A stretch of 64,000 nucleotides of DNA from a bacterium (GCA_028712365.1 JAQTQE010000002.1:22366-86365), one strand, 5' to 3'. Shown: positions 54,871-63,860, numbered from the stretch's first letter. Numbers and translations: made by a program. The notes: generated from the sequence alone by a model not told the origin.

Positions 54871-55920
54871 TTAGTAACAGGCCTGGTAGTCAATCCTAAA
54901 GAGGATTTCCAGGGTTGCGTTTGTTTTAATGACGATCGGGAAAATCCCCCCGATCCCATCCCATATATTAGCGTAATATTCACCGTTTTCAAGTAAGCAG
55001 ATCGTATACTCTCCCACCGGCAAAACTGTTTCAAAGCTGCCAGTGGTAGCATCGCTTTCAACCATGGCGATTATTTTTTTGTTCAAAGTCGTAAAAAAAC
55101 AGGGGCTGGAATAGACAACGTCGCCTGCCAACATATTTAGTTTTTCAAAAATATACACCTGTCTGCGTACAGGAGTAGCAGTGCCGGTTATTTGTCCGGG
55201 CATGAAATTACCCTCATAAAACATTACCTGGCCCCGCAAAATGCCTGATCCTTGATTTGGAAGTATGGTAATATTTACGATATCGCTGATTGAATCATGT
55301 TGCCCGGGTATTTGGCCATATACCCGTAGTTTAGCGGTGCCCTCTTTATTACCAGCGGTGAATGTTGTGTTTAATCCTTGACTGGTATTTATTGAGCCGA
55401 TATTTGGATCCAGGGGGGAAAGGTTATCATCACAAAGGCTCCAGTGCAAATATTGCGGATAGGGATTTCCATCTGAAGTGGTTACCTTGGCTGTAAAATT
55501 AACACTTTCGCCGAAATGCAAAACATAATAGCTTGGTTCTATATATGTTGATTCGATACTTTGCTGATTGGCCGTAATAAAACAGGCTTCATCCGTGATG
55601 GACATGTCTCCTTTACCATTGGTAGCGGTCAAACGATAATAGTAAGGCGTTTGTGCAAAAAGCCCATCCAGATTAAATTCGCCGTTATTAGTTAAGGCAT
55701 TTATTTCCTGCCTAAACCCATAAGCCGTACTGGTGCCGTAGTCTATTGTTACATAGCAATCTTCATTTAAAGTCCATTTAGTAGTGGCAGAAACTGAAGT
55801 TATCTCATTAACCGTTACTTCCTGGAACACTGGATATTCCTTTGTCAATAAAGTCTTTTTTTGACAGGCTGTTAATAGTATTACCAGTCCCAGAATGGTG
55901 TAAAAAATTAGTCTTTTCAT
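54871..55920 (-). CDS. Lipoprotein with FN3-like and Ig-like domains
   Basis: Lipobox LTAC; IDYGTSTAYG...GLFAQTPYYYRL (FN3 of purple-acid-phosphatase N type); C-terminal carboxypeptidase-regulatory-like segment. Confidence 0.65.
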   Translation of the reverse strand: MKRLIFYTILGLVILLTACQKKTLLTKEYPVFQEVTVNEITSVSATTKWTLNEDCYVTIDYGTSTAYGFRQEINALTNNGEFNLDGLFAQTPYYYRLTATNGKGDMSITDEACFITANQQSIESTYIEPSYYVLHFGESVNFTAKVTTSDGNPYPQYLHWSLCDDNLSPLDPNIGSINTSQGLNTTFTAGNKEGTAKLRVYGQIPGQHDSISDIVNITILPNQGSGILRGQVMFYEGNFMPGQITGTATPVRRQVYIFEKLNMLAGDVVYSSPCFFTTLNKKIIAMVESDATTGSFETVLPVGEYTICLLENGEYYANIWDGIGGIFPIVIKTNATLEILFRIDYQACY

Positions 55921-55943
55921 TTTATTACCTTAAATATAATGTT

Positions 55944-56849
55944 TTAGAATATAACGCCCAAGGATATCCGGTGGTTATCACCCAAGTCGCCTTTGGGAGC
56001 AAAAGCATAGTCCAGGTTGTAACGGTTGATCTTCACACCGAAACCGGCGGTAAAAGAATCAACGTCATAGCCGAACTTGTACCCGGCGCGAATAGCCATG
56101 ATCTGGTTAAAGACATACTCTGCTCCCAAATTGAACCTGGTCGATAGTTCTTTGGGCTTGTTCAGGTCAGCAGAGACGGTTAAAGCATTATTTTGCAATT
56201 CCTTGGTAAAGGCTGCCCCAGCCCTGATAGTAAACGATAACGGATCTTCTTCTTCGATATATTTCATCCCGCCGCCGAGATTTTGCAGGGTTAATCCTAA
56301 GGATAATCCTTCTATTTGCGGCAAGTTATAAAGACAGCCCAGGTCCAAAGTCATAGTGCTGGCTGATTCTGCCTCGGCCAGGGTGCTGCTGAGATATTTC
56401 AAGTTAGCTCCGGCGGAAAAGCTTTCAATGATTTCCTGGCCATAGGCCAGGTTCAAGACAAAATCTTGCTGGGCTTTTACTGTTCTTGATGTGCCATCCA
56501 GGTAATTTAACTCCATTTCACCCGCAGAGAAGCTTTCGATGGCTATGCCTGCGGTGCCGTAATCTGCGAAGGGATGGGCATATTGTATGGACATCAAGCC
56601 CATTTCCGCGATCTCTTTGAAATACATGGCGCTGACTTCAGGATCTGCCATGTCTGCCAGTCCCGCCGGGTTCCAGAAGATAGTCTCCGGGCCGCTGGCT
56701 ACGCCGGTGAACGCATCTCCCATAGCCAGGCTGCGGGCTCCTAGGGATTCTTTCAGGATCACTCCGCCGGTAGTACCGGCTCCGGCATATAAAAAAGTGG
56801 ATACTAATAGCAGGTGAAATAGAATACTGAGTGTTTTTATTATTTTCAT
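55944..56849 (-). CDS. Second PorV/PorQ-family protein
   Basis: LGARSLAMGDAFTGVA...FWNPAGLA, GANLKY, DLG, GAEY, SFTAGFG, HRISL. Start chosen at the signal peptide (MKIIK); alternative ATG at 56939. Confidence 0.85.
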   Translation of the reverse strand: MKIIKTLSILFHLLLVSTFLYAGAGTTGGVILKESLGARSLAMGDAFTGVASGPETIFWNPAGLADMADPEVSAMYFKEIAEMGLMSIQYAHPFADYGTAGIAIESFSAGEMELNYLDGTSRTVKAQQDFVLNLAYGQEIIESFSAGANLKYLSSTLAEAESASTMTLDLGCLYNLPQIEGLSLGLTLQNLGGGMKYIEEEDPLSFTIRAGAAFTKELQNNALTVSADLNKPKELSTRFNLGAEYVFNQIMAIRAGYKFGYDVDSFTAGFGVKINRYNLDYAFAPKGDLGDNHRISLGVIF

Positions 56850-57000
56850 TTTATTTTCTTCATGAGTAGTTATATTTTTATTACTCCGTTTTCTATTTTT
56901 GTCGGTTAGGTTTTTCTTTAATGTCTGCTTTTTGTTCATGTTTTTACCCTACTGCTTGAATTTCAGCGAATATCTTTAATAGGCTTATTTGTTTAGTATT

Positions 57001-57072
57001 CTATAAGTTAAAATAGCGCACGCCTTTGATTATAGGTGTACGCCATGTTTGTCGATTAATACTGTATTTCAT
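57001..57072 (-). CDS. Candidate 23-aa small ORF (MKYSINRQTWRTPIIKGVRYFNL)
   Basis: Strong SD TAAGGAGAAGG just upstream; lies immediately downstream of an attenuator-like terminator. Confidence 0.4.
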   Translation of the reverse strand: MKYSINRQTWRTPIIKGVRYFNL

Positions 57073-57110
57073 GATCCTTCTCCTTAATATCTTTAATCGT
57101 AATAATAAAT

Positions 57111-57181
57111 AAAAAAACCGGGTGATGATAGCCCCGGTTACAGCAATTAGTATAATAAAACAATATTGCTGAGCCGCGGCT
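57111..57181 (-). promoter_or_regulatory. Attenuator-like terminator/antiterminator pair
   Basis: Terminator AACCGGG/CCCGGUU + U run (57111-57139) shares its 5' arm with the competing hairpin AGCCGCGGCUCAGCAAU/AUUGCUGUAACCGGGGCU (57130-57181). Confidence 0.5.
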
Positions 57182-57272
57182 TTTTTATTTATTTTTAGAT
57201 CATAAGGAGTTTTTTGCCTGCTTCTGCCAGGCAACATGAAAATATCATAAATCAAGGATTTGTCAAGCTGAT

Positions 57273-57782
57273 TTATTTTCTTTTCCGGCTTTTCTTCTTA
57301 ATTGAGGTTTTATTTGTTTTTTGGGGTTTATTGAATCTTTTGGTTTTTGCTTTTTTTACTTTTTTGGCGGTTTTGGTTTTTTTTGCTTTCTTAGCCGCTT
57401 TTTTCTTCGATTTGGGCGCCGCTTTCCTGGTCTGGCCGGATAATATTGAAGCGATGATCCCTAACGCAGTCATCGTATTGTCTTTTTGATCGGCTACCAG
57501 TACTACTACATCTTTAGCCGTAGCTTTACAAGCCGCCAATATCTTCTTCTTATCTTCGGCATTGATACCGTATTGCGGTAGTTCATCAGTTGAAATAAAA
57601 CCCCTGACGCCGGCTTTATCCATGATCTCTTTCTGTACGAGATTACTCAACCGGTCGTTATCTATAAGCACACCGTTAGCTCCGTTGATCTTGACTCCCG
57701 CGACAATGCCGCCATTATTGATCACTCCGGCGATGATATGAGACGCGGTCTTGCTAAAAAGAGAAGTCAGGTCCTGGATCAT
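57273..57782 (-). CDS. Stand-alone GatE-type insertion (GAD) domain with Lys/Ala-rich tail
   Basis: IQDLTSLFSKTASHIIAGVINNGGIVAGVK and GFISTDELPQYGINAE...DVVVLVAD resemble the archaeal GatE insert from memory; tail KAAPKSKKKAAKKAKK. Confidence 0.7.
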   Translation of the reverse strand: MIQDLTSLFSKTASHIIAGVINNGGIVAGVKINGANGVLIDNDRLSNLVQKEIMDKAGVRGFISTDELPQYGINAEDKKKILAACKATAKDVVVLVADQKDNTMTALGIIASILSGQTRKAAPKSKKKAAKKAKKTKTAKKVKKAKTKRFNKPQKTNKTSIKKKSRKRK

Positions 57783-57801
57783 GATATCCTCCTATATACA
57801 C

Positions 57802-57833
57802 AATCTCGAAACACTAATATCGAAATTCTAAAC
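57802..57833. repeat. Solo heptamer arm
   Basis: AATCTCG AAACACT AATATCG AAATTCT AAAC. Confidence 0.7.
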
Positions 57834-57846
57834 CAGGTCAGGAATA

Positions 57847-58494
57847 TTATTGGTCAATTAAGCCGATGTCGGCGACTATTACTTTGCCAGTATATTTTTT
57901 AGCAGCGGATTTGGAAAATCCTATTTTAGGAAAACCCAGGGTCACGGTTAAAGCGGCTGAAATGCAGGTACCCAGGGATTGGCCAGTGTCAGCGTTGAGC
58001 CCGCTGGGAATATCAATGCTGATTATTTTTACACCACTTTTATTTAAATCGTCAATAATTATTTTATATAATCCCGTGATCGGGCCATGGCTGCCCGTGC
58101 CCAGTAATCCATCTATGACCAGGTTGAAATACTGGACTTGTTCTTTTAAGCCAGGCCAGTTATCCAGGATCATGTGGATAGGAAGATGCAGGTTTTCGAC
58201 AATGGCGAAATTAAGGCGGGTCTCAGTACTGGAGTTGGCCAGCGCACCGCTGAAAAAGATCTCCACTTTTTGCCCGTAATGATGCAACCAGCGGGCGGCA
58301 ACCAGGCCATCCCCGCCGTTATTGCCAGGTCCGCAAAAAACCGCTACTTTTTTATTTTTCCTGGAGAGCAGTTTGCAGGCTTCGTCAGCCACTGCTTTGC
58401 CGGCATGGTCCATCAGTACCTGGGCGGGAACGCCATACGTATTGATTGTCTGGTTGTCGATAGCGCGCATTTGCTGAGTAGTTACTTTTTTCAT
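57847..58494 (-). CDS. nnrE: NAD(P)H-hydrate epimerase (stand-alone YjeF_N)
   Basis: LMDHAG, CGPGNNGGDGLVAAR, IDGLLGTG, SIDIPSG, TVT, VADIG. Confidence 0.92.
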   Translation of the reverse strand: MKKVTTQQMRAIDNQTINTYGVPAQVLMDHAGKAVADEACKLLSRKNKKVAVFCGPGNNGGDGLVAARWLHHYGQKVEIFFSGALANSSTETRLNFAIVENLHLPIHMILDNWPGLKEQVQYFNLVIDGLLGTGSHGPITGLYKIIIDDLNKSGVKIISIDIPSGLNADTGQSLGTCISAALTVTLGFPKIGFSKSAAKKYTGKVIVADIGLIDQ

Positions 58495-58505
58495 GGGTTT
58501 GTTGT

Positions 58506-59120
58506 TTACTTGAAGAATATTTTATAAGCTTCTTGTATACCGCTACGGATCATCATTACCGCGATAGCGGTCAGAAAAATATCCCCTACTTTGGAAAAGG
58601 CCCGCATGCCATTCAAACCGATGGTCCTGGATATACGGTCACTATTGACCAGGGCGATCCAGGATATCAGCATATTAAGTACCAGCGAAATGAAAGTAGC
58701 GAACATCCCAAAGGCGTCAGTCAACACCAGTGTTGTCGTTAGCACTGCCGGCCCGGTGATCAAGGGCGTTCCGATAGGAAATATACCGGCATCCTGGTAC
58801 TGTTTTTCACGGGCCGAGGAAACACCCGGCAAAAGCAGATTAACTGATAATATCAGTAAGAGGATGCCTCCGCCGATCTTGAAATCAGCGACAGTTATTC
58901 CCATGATCAAAAAGATCAATTTGCCGACGAGCATAAAGATAATAGCGATCGAAGTAGCCGTGATCACTGATTCAACTATATTCTTTTTTTTCTCGACTTC
59001 ACTCATCTCCGCGGTCAGGCTGAGAAAAATAGGCAGGATGCCTAAAATGTTTATAGCTACGAAGATCGGTATAAAACTGAGCAGATATGGTTTAATATAT
59101 AGATAGAGACCACCCATCAT
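58506..59120 (-). CDS. MarC family membrane protein
   Basis: IPIFVAIN, FKIGGGILL, FPIGTPLITGP. Confidence 0.9.
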   Translation of the reverse strand: MMGGLYLYIKPYLLSFIPIFVAINILGILPIFLSLTAEMSEVEKKKNIVESVITATSIAIIFMLVGKLIFLIMGITVADFKIGGGILLLILSVNLLLPGVSSAREKQYQDAGIFPIGTPLITGPAVLTTTLVLTDAFGMFATFISLVLNMLISWIALVNSDRISRTIGLNGMRAFSKVGDIFLTAIAVMMIRSGIQEAYKIFFK

Positions 59121-60136
59121 AGTTTTATTTCCCTTAATAATTGAGCCGCTACTTCCGGCAGGAGCGGTTGGATCTGGGATCCGGTACCGACTTCAAAACC
59201 GGATAATTCCAGAACCTGCGGCGTGATCTCGATATGCCAATGATAGTCATCTTTAATGGTGGCCCAATAACCTTCGCGCTCGCGCATGTAAGGAGCAGAA
59301 TGAAGCATGAAATTCAAAGGGGGATCATCTAATACTTTTTCGATGCGCAACAGGCTATTTTTCATTATTTTAGCGAGGTTCATGAGGCTTTCGGGTGATT
59401 CTTTAAGGAAATCGCAATTATGCCTTTTAGGCATGACCCAAACCTCGAATGGAACTCTACTGGCAAAAGGCGTAACCGCTACATAATGGTCATTTTCTTC
59501 CACTACCCGTTTGGTATCACGCAGTTCTTGCGTGATCACGTCACAATAGAGACAGCGGTCTTTATAACTGTAGTATTCCCGGGAATGAAATAACTCGTCC
59601 TTAATAGTTTTAGGGGTGATCGGCAAGGCAACTAATTGGGAATGAGAGTGACAGAGACGGTATTTGCTGCTTTTGCGCTGGTTCTTAAAGATCAGGGCGT
59701 ATTTAAAACGACGGTCCCCTTCCAGGTCGCGCATCCTGGACTGATAGGTACTGAAGACTTTATTAATTTGTTCTACGGGAAGATTGGATAAATTCTTGAC
59801 ATGCTCAGGGGTTTCAATAATAACTTCATGCGCGCCGACGTTGCTCATGAGATCATACATACCTTCAGGCCGGCGATCAGGATCTGTTTCAATCTGCAAA
59901 GCAGCCTGTTTGGAAACGATCACGCGCACTTCCCACCCGGGAGTATCGGCTGAAGTGCCGGGAGTTCTCAAAGCATATATTTCCTTGCCGCTCACTTTTT
60001 CATTACCCGGGCAGAACGGACAGACCTTCCATTCAGTTTTTTCCTGGGAGGCAAGAGAAGTAAAGAACTCTTGTTCCTTTTCAGTGCCGGTGATGATCCA
60101 TTGCTCGGTAAAAGGATCCTTCCTGATCTCGGTCAT
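59117..60136 (-). CDS. galT: Galactose-1-phosphate uridylyltransferase (GalT/HIT type)
   Basis: EIRKDP, CPFCPGNE, GAHEVIIETPEH, HSHSQ, CLYCD, HWHIEI. Confidence 0.85.
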   Translation of the reverse strand: MTEIRKDPFTEQWIITGTEKEQEFFTSLASQEKTEWKVCPFCPGNEKVSGKEIYALRTPGTSADTPGWEVRVIVSKQAALQIETDPDRRPEGMYDLMSNVGAHEVIIETPEHVKNLSNLPVEQINKVFSTYQSRMRDLEGDRRFKYALIFKNQRKSSKYRLCHSHSQLVALPITPKTIKDELFHSREYYSYKDRCLYCDVITQELRDTKRVVEENDHYVAVTPFASRVPFEVWVMPKRHNCDFLKESPESLMNLAKIMKNSLLRIEKVLDDPPLNFMLHSAPYMREREGYWATIKDDYHWHIEITPQVLELSGFEVGTGSQIQPLLPEVAAQLLREIKL

Positions 60137-60172
60137 TGCTCCTCCATAATTAAGACAATTTCAAATGGGTTT

Positions 60173-60207
60173 AGCTTTAAGCATCTAGCATTCAGCATCT
60201 AGCTTAC
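60173..60207. repeat. Solo heptamer arm overlapping the Memo stop
   Basis: AGCTTTA AGCATCT AGCATTC AGCATCT AGCTTAC. Confidence 0.7.
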
Positions 60208-61008
60208 TATCACTCCGGCGTACCCTACTACTTCTTTAGTGTCTCCGGTGATAGTGCCACTGGTATCATAACTCACCAAACTGGCTTTAGTTGCTCCTAA
60301 CGACCTGGCTGCGTATAGCATGACTGCCGCCGGAGCTACACCGCACATGCTGATGTCATACTTAGTCACCGTGGATAACAATTTATCCGGTTGCAAAGCC
60401 AGGATCTGCTGGATCGCCAGATTATCCTTTTTCCTGGCCTCGTCGATGCTTTCATAATGAGTCATATCAGATGACGCCAGGACCAGGATATCCTGTTTGC
60501 TTTCTTTTATCGCGCCGGCTATCCCTTCTCCCAGGATGCGGCATATTTCGGGAGATTGGGTGCCCAGGATAAGAGGGACGATCTTCACGTCTTTGCGGAA
60601 ATAGCGAAGAAAAGGAAGTTGTATTTCCAGCGAATGTTCCTGGTCATGGGCAGTATCATCGAGCGAAATTGTGCCGCCGCAAAGTTCAGTTATCCTTTTA
60701 CTGAAAGAGCTATCCAGGGTCACTGCCCCACCCGGTGTTTGCCAGGTGTCATGATCTGACAAGGATATCATGTAGCCCTGGCCGATATGATTAGGACCGA
60801 TCATAATGACTGTCGACGGGATCCTGGTAGAAGCATATACCCGAGCGGCTACTTCCCCTGAATATAACCAGCCGGCATGCGGTACCATGATACCAATGGC
60901 TTTACGGGCCATAACTTTTTTATTGGTCAGGTATGAATCAATAGTGTCGTTAATAGTATCTTCCGTGCCTGGATACCAGGTACCGGCATATACTGCTTTC
61001 CTGGACAT
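60199..61008 (-). CDS. Memo-family protein (AmmeMemoRadiSam protein B)
   Basis: AVYAGTWYP, PHAGWLYSG, GPNH, EHSLEIQLPFL, ASSDMTHY, SMCG, VVGYAG. Confidence 0.92.
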   Translation of the reverse strand: MSRKAVYAGTWYPGTEDTINDTIDSYLTNKKVMARKAIGIMVPHAGWLYSGEVAARVYASTRIPSTVIMIGPNHIGQGYMISLSDHDTWQTPGGAVTLDSSFSKRITELCGGTISLDDTAHDQEHSLEIQLPFLRYFRKDVKIVPLILGTQSPEICRILGEGIAGAIKESKQDILVLASSDMTHYESIDEARKKDNLAIQQILALQPDKLLSTVTKYDISMCGVAPAAVMLYAARSLGATKASLVSYDTSGTITGDTKEVVGYAGVIVS

Positions 61009-61054
61009 ATATGGCTCCCTATGCCCGAGATTATAGCTCAAAAATTCGCTAAAG

Positions 61055-61972
61055 TCAAGATTCTTGTATCCAGCCATTGTTCAGGCTAAGTAGTTTGAGT
61101 TTTTCCAGGACAACCGTATACTCTTCTTTAGTGATCTTCCGGTTTAATTCAGGTATGCCGCAGGCTAAGTGCCGTGGTGTGTATTGGCTCATAATGCTTA
61201 GGTAGGTTTGGTTGCTGATCTTGCCGGCAATGAATTCCAGCAAGGGTATGCTGCCGGCGATATTGCCTGGCAGGACCAGGTGCCTGATGATCAATCCCCG
61301 GCAGGCGATCCCTTCGTCATCAAGTATCAGGTCCCCTACTTGCCGGTACATCTCTAGTAAAGCAGCCTGGTTTATCTCGGCGTAATGAGGCGCCTGGGAA
61401 TACTTTTTAGCCATAGCGTTATCACTATATTTGGCATCAGGGAGATAAATGTCAATAATACCATCTAGCAATCGTAGCGTTTCCAGGCTTTCGTATCCGC
61501 CGCAGTTGTAGACCAGCGGCAGGTGAAAACCCTGTGCAATAGCTTTTTCCAAAGCTGCCATGATCTGTGGGACATAGATCGTGCCGGTTACCAGATTGAC
61601 ATTATGGCACTTCTTGCTTTGTAAAAAGAGCATGATCCGGGTAAGTTCGTCGACGGAAATTGTGGTCCCGTTGCCAAAATGGCTAATGGGATAATTCTGG
61701 CAGAAAACGCAACGCAGGTTACAATGAGTAAAAAAGATCGTACCAGAACCGGCGCTGCCGCTAATAGCAGGTTCTTCGCCAAAATGGGCGTTGAAAGAAG
61801 AGATCTCAGGAGACAACCCGGCATGACAGAAACCTTGTTCGTCATGTTGGCGGTCAACATGGCATAGCCGCGGACAGAGGCCACAGTTGGCCAGTTGCCG
61901 GTAAGCCTGTTTTACGCGTTCGGCCAGGATACCGTCTTGGTACAATTTTAAATACGACGGGGTAAAAGACAC
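61055..61972 (-). CDS. Radical SAM protein, PflX-like
   Basis: CGLCPRLCHVDR, HFGEEP, GSGTIFFTHCNLRCVFCQNY, YLPDAKY, IRHLVLPG. Confidence 0.9.
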   Translation of the reverse strand: MSFTPSYLKLYQDGILAERVKQAYRQLANCGLCPRLCHVDRQHDEQGFCHAGLSPEISSFNAHFGEEPAISGSAGSGTIFFTHCNLRCVFCQNYPISHFGNGTTISVDELTRIMLFLQSKKCHNVNLVTGTIYVPQIMAALEKAIAQGFHLPLVYNCGGYESLETLRLLDGIIDIYLPDAKYSDNAMAKKYSQAPHYAEINQAALLEMYRQVGDLILDDEGIACRGLIIRHLVLPGNIAGSIPLLEFIAGKISNQTYLSIMSQYTPRHLACGIPELNRKITKEEYTVVLEKLKLLSLNNGWIQES

Positions 61973-62559
61973 TAGAAGCTCTTGGAAATGAGAGTTATCG
62001 TCAGGATAGTGAACAAGATCAGGGAGACAACCAGCAGGAAAAAAGTAGCAATGAACGGAATAATATATACGGAGATGGCTTTTCCGGTTTGCAGGTGATA
62101 AATTATCTTCAAGCTTTTAACTTGTAAGAACAAGATCCAGATGATAATTACCAGGTAGATGAAAATATAAAGTAAATGACTGCCCAATCCCAAACCCCTG
62201 CTCAAGATCGCTCCGGCCGGCAGGAAGATCAATGGCAAAAGACTGGCCCCGAACAGGATAAAAAGATTATTGATACTGCCTTCTGTTTTATGCCAGGAAG
62301 CGATAAAATGAAACAAAGAAGTCATGGTGATCCAGAATACGACAAAAGCAAAAAGCTTGGCCAGGTACCCGAGGGTAAGCATGCTGGTGACCTGCTCGGA
62401 ACCAAGATTATCTATCAGCAACACCGCTATACTTTGACAGAATAAACCTACGGCCGCTGTTAAGGAAGATAACCACAACGGTTTCCTGGAGGCTAATAGT
62501 TCATTGAATCCCTGCTCCGGATCAGTAATGATCTTAATGATTATTCCTAATTGTTCCAT
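61972..62559 (-). CDS. YIP1-family membrane protein
   Basis: IITDPEQGF N-terminus, five hydrophobic segments, K..YHLQTGKA. Confidence 0.7.
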   Translation of the reverse strand: MEQLGIIIKIITDPEQGFNELLASRKPLWLSSLTAAVGLFCQSIAVLLIDNLGSEQVTSMLTLGYLAKLFAFVVFWITMTSLFHFIASWHKTEGSINNLFILFGASLLPLIFLPAGAILSRGLGLGSHLLYIFIYLVIIIWILFLQVKSLKIIYHLQTGKAISVYIIPFIATFFLLVVSLILFTILTITLISKSF

Positions 62560-62562
62560 TGC

Positions 62563-63519
62563 TTACTCCATTAGATAGGCCAGACGGGTATCGCTTCTGT
62601 CCAATACTTTCGTGAATTGCGCCAGGCTATTCTCTTCTGTCTTATGACCAAATATCTCAAATACCTTTTCCATCGGGGAATAGTCTTTAATAATATACGG
62701 CTCGCCTTTCAGGCCGGCTAAATCAGCGGCTACTTGTATCGCGTCCGGCAAGTTGCCCAGCTGGTCAATCAGGCCTTTATTCAGGGCCTGTTCGCCGGTA
62801 AAGATAGAACCATCAGCCAGCTGTTTTACCTGGTCATAGGTCATTTTCCGGCCGTCTACGATGACTTTAATGAATTGCTCGTAACTATTGTCGATCAGGC
62901 CTTGCAATAATTTTTTCTCCGCTTCATCCGGGGAACGCCAATAAGCGCCGATGTCCTTGGATTTTCCGCTCTTGACCACTTCCATTTTTACGCCGATCTT
63001 TTTAAAGAGTTCCTGCATATTGCCAAAATTGAAGATCACTCCGATGCTGCCGGTGATAGTAGAAGGATTGGCTACGATCCGGTCAGCCGCGCAGGAAATA
63101 TAATAGGCACCGCTGGCGCCGACGTCACCCATGGAGACAACTATTTTTTTGCCGTTCTGGCGCAGTTTTTTTACTTCTTCATAGATCTCCTGGCTGGCTC
63201 CGGTGCTGCCACCAGGGGAATTGATCCTAAGGACCACGGCTTTAATGTATTTATTTTTGTCGATCTTCCTGAGGCGGTCAACGATGGCATCAGATCCCGA
63301 AAGGAATCCAGGGAACATGGAATACTGGCGTTCTACAAAAATCTCGCCATAAATATAGACGATCGCTATGCCTTCCTTGCCCAGTGAAGGCAATTCTAAT
63401 TTGCTTGATTCTTTGAACGAGGAAACAGGAGATTGTTTAAAAACCAGCACCAATCCCAGCAGGACCGAAAGGCCGCATAAACCCAGCAATATGTAAGTGA
63501 ACAGTGTTTTTCTATCCAT
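62563..63519 (-). CDS. sppA: Signal peptide peptidase SppA (36K type)
   Basis: LRINSPGGS, ASGAYYIS, TGSIGV, KSGKSKD, GSIFTG; SD AAGGAG. Confidence 0.93.
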   Translation of the reverse strand: MDRKTLFTYILLGLCGLSVLLGLVLVFKQSPVSSFKESSKLELPSLGKEGIAIVYIYGEIFVERQYSMFPGFLSGSDAIVDRLRKIDKNKYIKAVVLRINSPGGSTGASQEIYEEVKKLRQNGKKIVVSMGDVGASGAYYISCAADRIVANPSTITGSIGVIFNFGNMQELFKKIGVKMEVVKSGKSKDIGAYWRSPDEAEKKLLQGLIDNSYEQFIKVIVDGRKMTYDQVKQLADGSIFTGEQALNKGLIDQLGNLPDAIQVAADLAGLKGEPYIIKDYSPMEKVFEIFGHKTEENSLAQFTKVLDRSDTRLAYLME

Positions 63520-63554
63520 CGGCAAAACTCCTTATTTTTTGGCCAGCATGTTTT

Positions 63555-63716
63555 CTATTCTTCGATATTTTTTTGTTTATGTAGAAGCAAAAGCTGTAAT
63601 TCGCCTTTTCTTTTTTGCAGTTCTACCAGTTCCAGTTGTTTTAAGACGATATCAATTTCCAATTGGTCGAGCCTTTTTTTGATCCCATCTGCCGTTAAAC
63701 CATTTTTTGCGCACAT
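63555..63716 (-). CDS. 53-aa Leu-rich coiled-coil small protein (below the ORF-track cutoff)
   Basis: Manual translation MCAKNGLTADGIKKRLDQLEIDIVLKQLELVELQKRKGELQLLLLHKQKNIEE; SD AAGAGGGGG 5 nt upstream. Confidence 0.5.
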   Translation of the reverse strand: MCAKNGLTADGIKKRLDQLEIDIVLKQLELVELQKRKGELQLLLLHKQKNIEE

Positions 63717-63737
63717 TGCAGCCCCCTCTTAAAATAA

Positions 63738-63860
63738 AAATCCGAAGTACTAATATCTAAACCCTAAACAGATATACCAAACAAATACGATTTGTATTTA
63801 GAACATTTGCAATTGTTTAGAATTTAGAAATTAGATATTATACATTAGAGTTTTAGCATT
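63738..63860. repeat. 7-nt periodic inverted junction element
   Basis: AAATCCG AAGTACT AATATCT AAACCCT AAAC ... TTAGAAT TTAGAAA TTAGATA TTATACA TTAGAGT. Confidence 0.8.

Noticed and set aside
57273-57430. Poly-T-rich stretch as a possible repeat or terminator
   Set aside because: It is the antisense image of the Lys-rich C-terminal tail of the GatE-domain protein.
44-63682. Numerous plus-strand ORFs in the six-frame track (e.g. 4022-4783, 31132-31809)
   Set aside because: They are antisense shadows of well-supported minus-strand genes and show no recognisable motifs.
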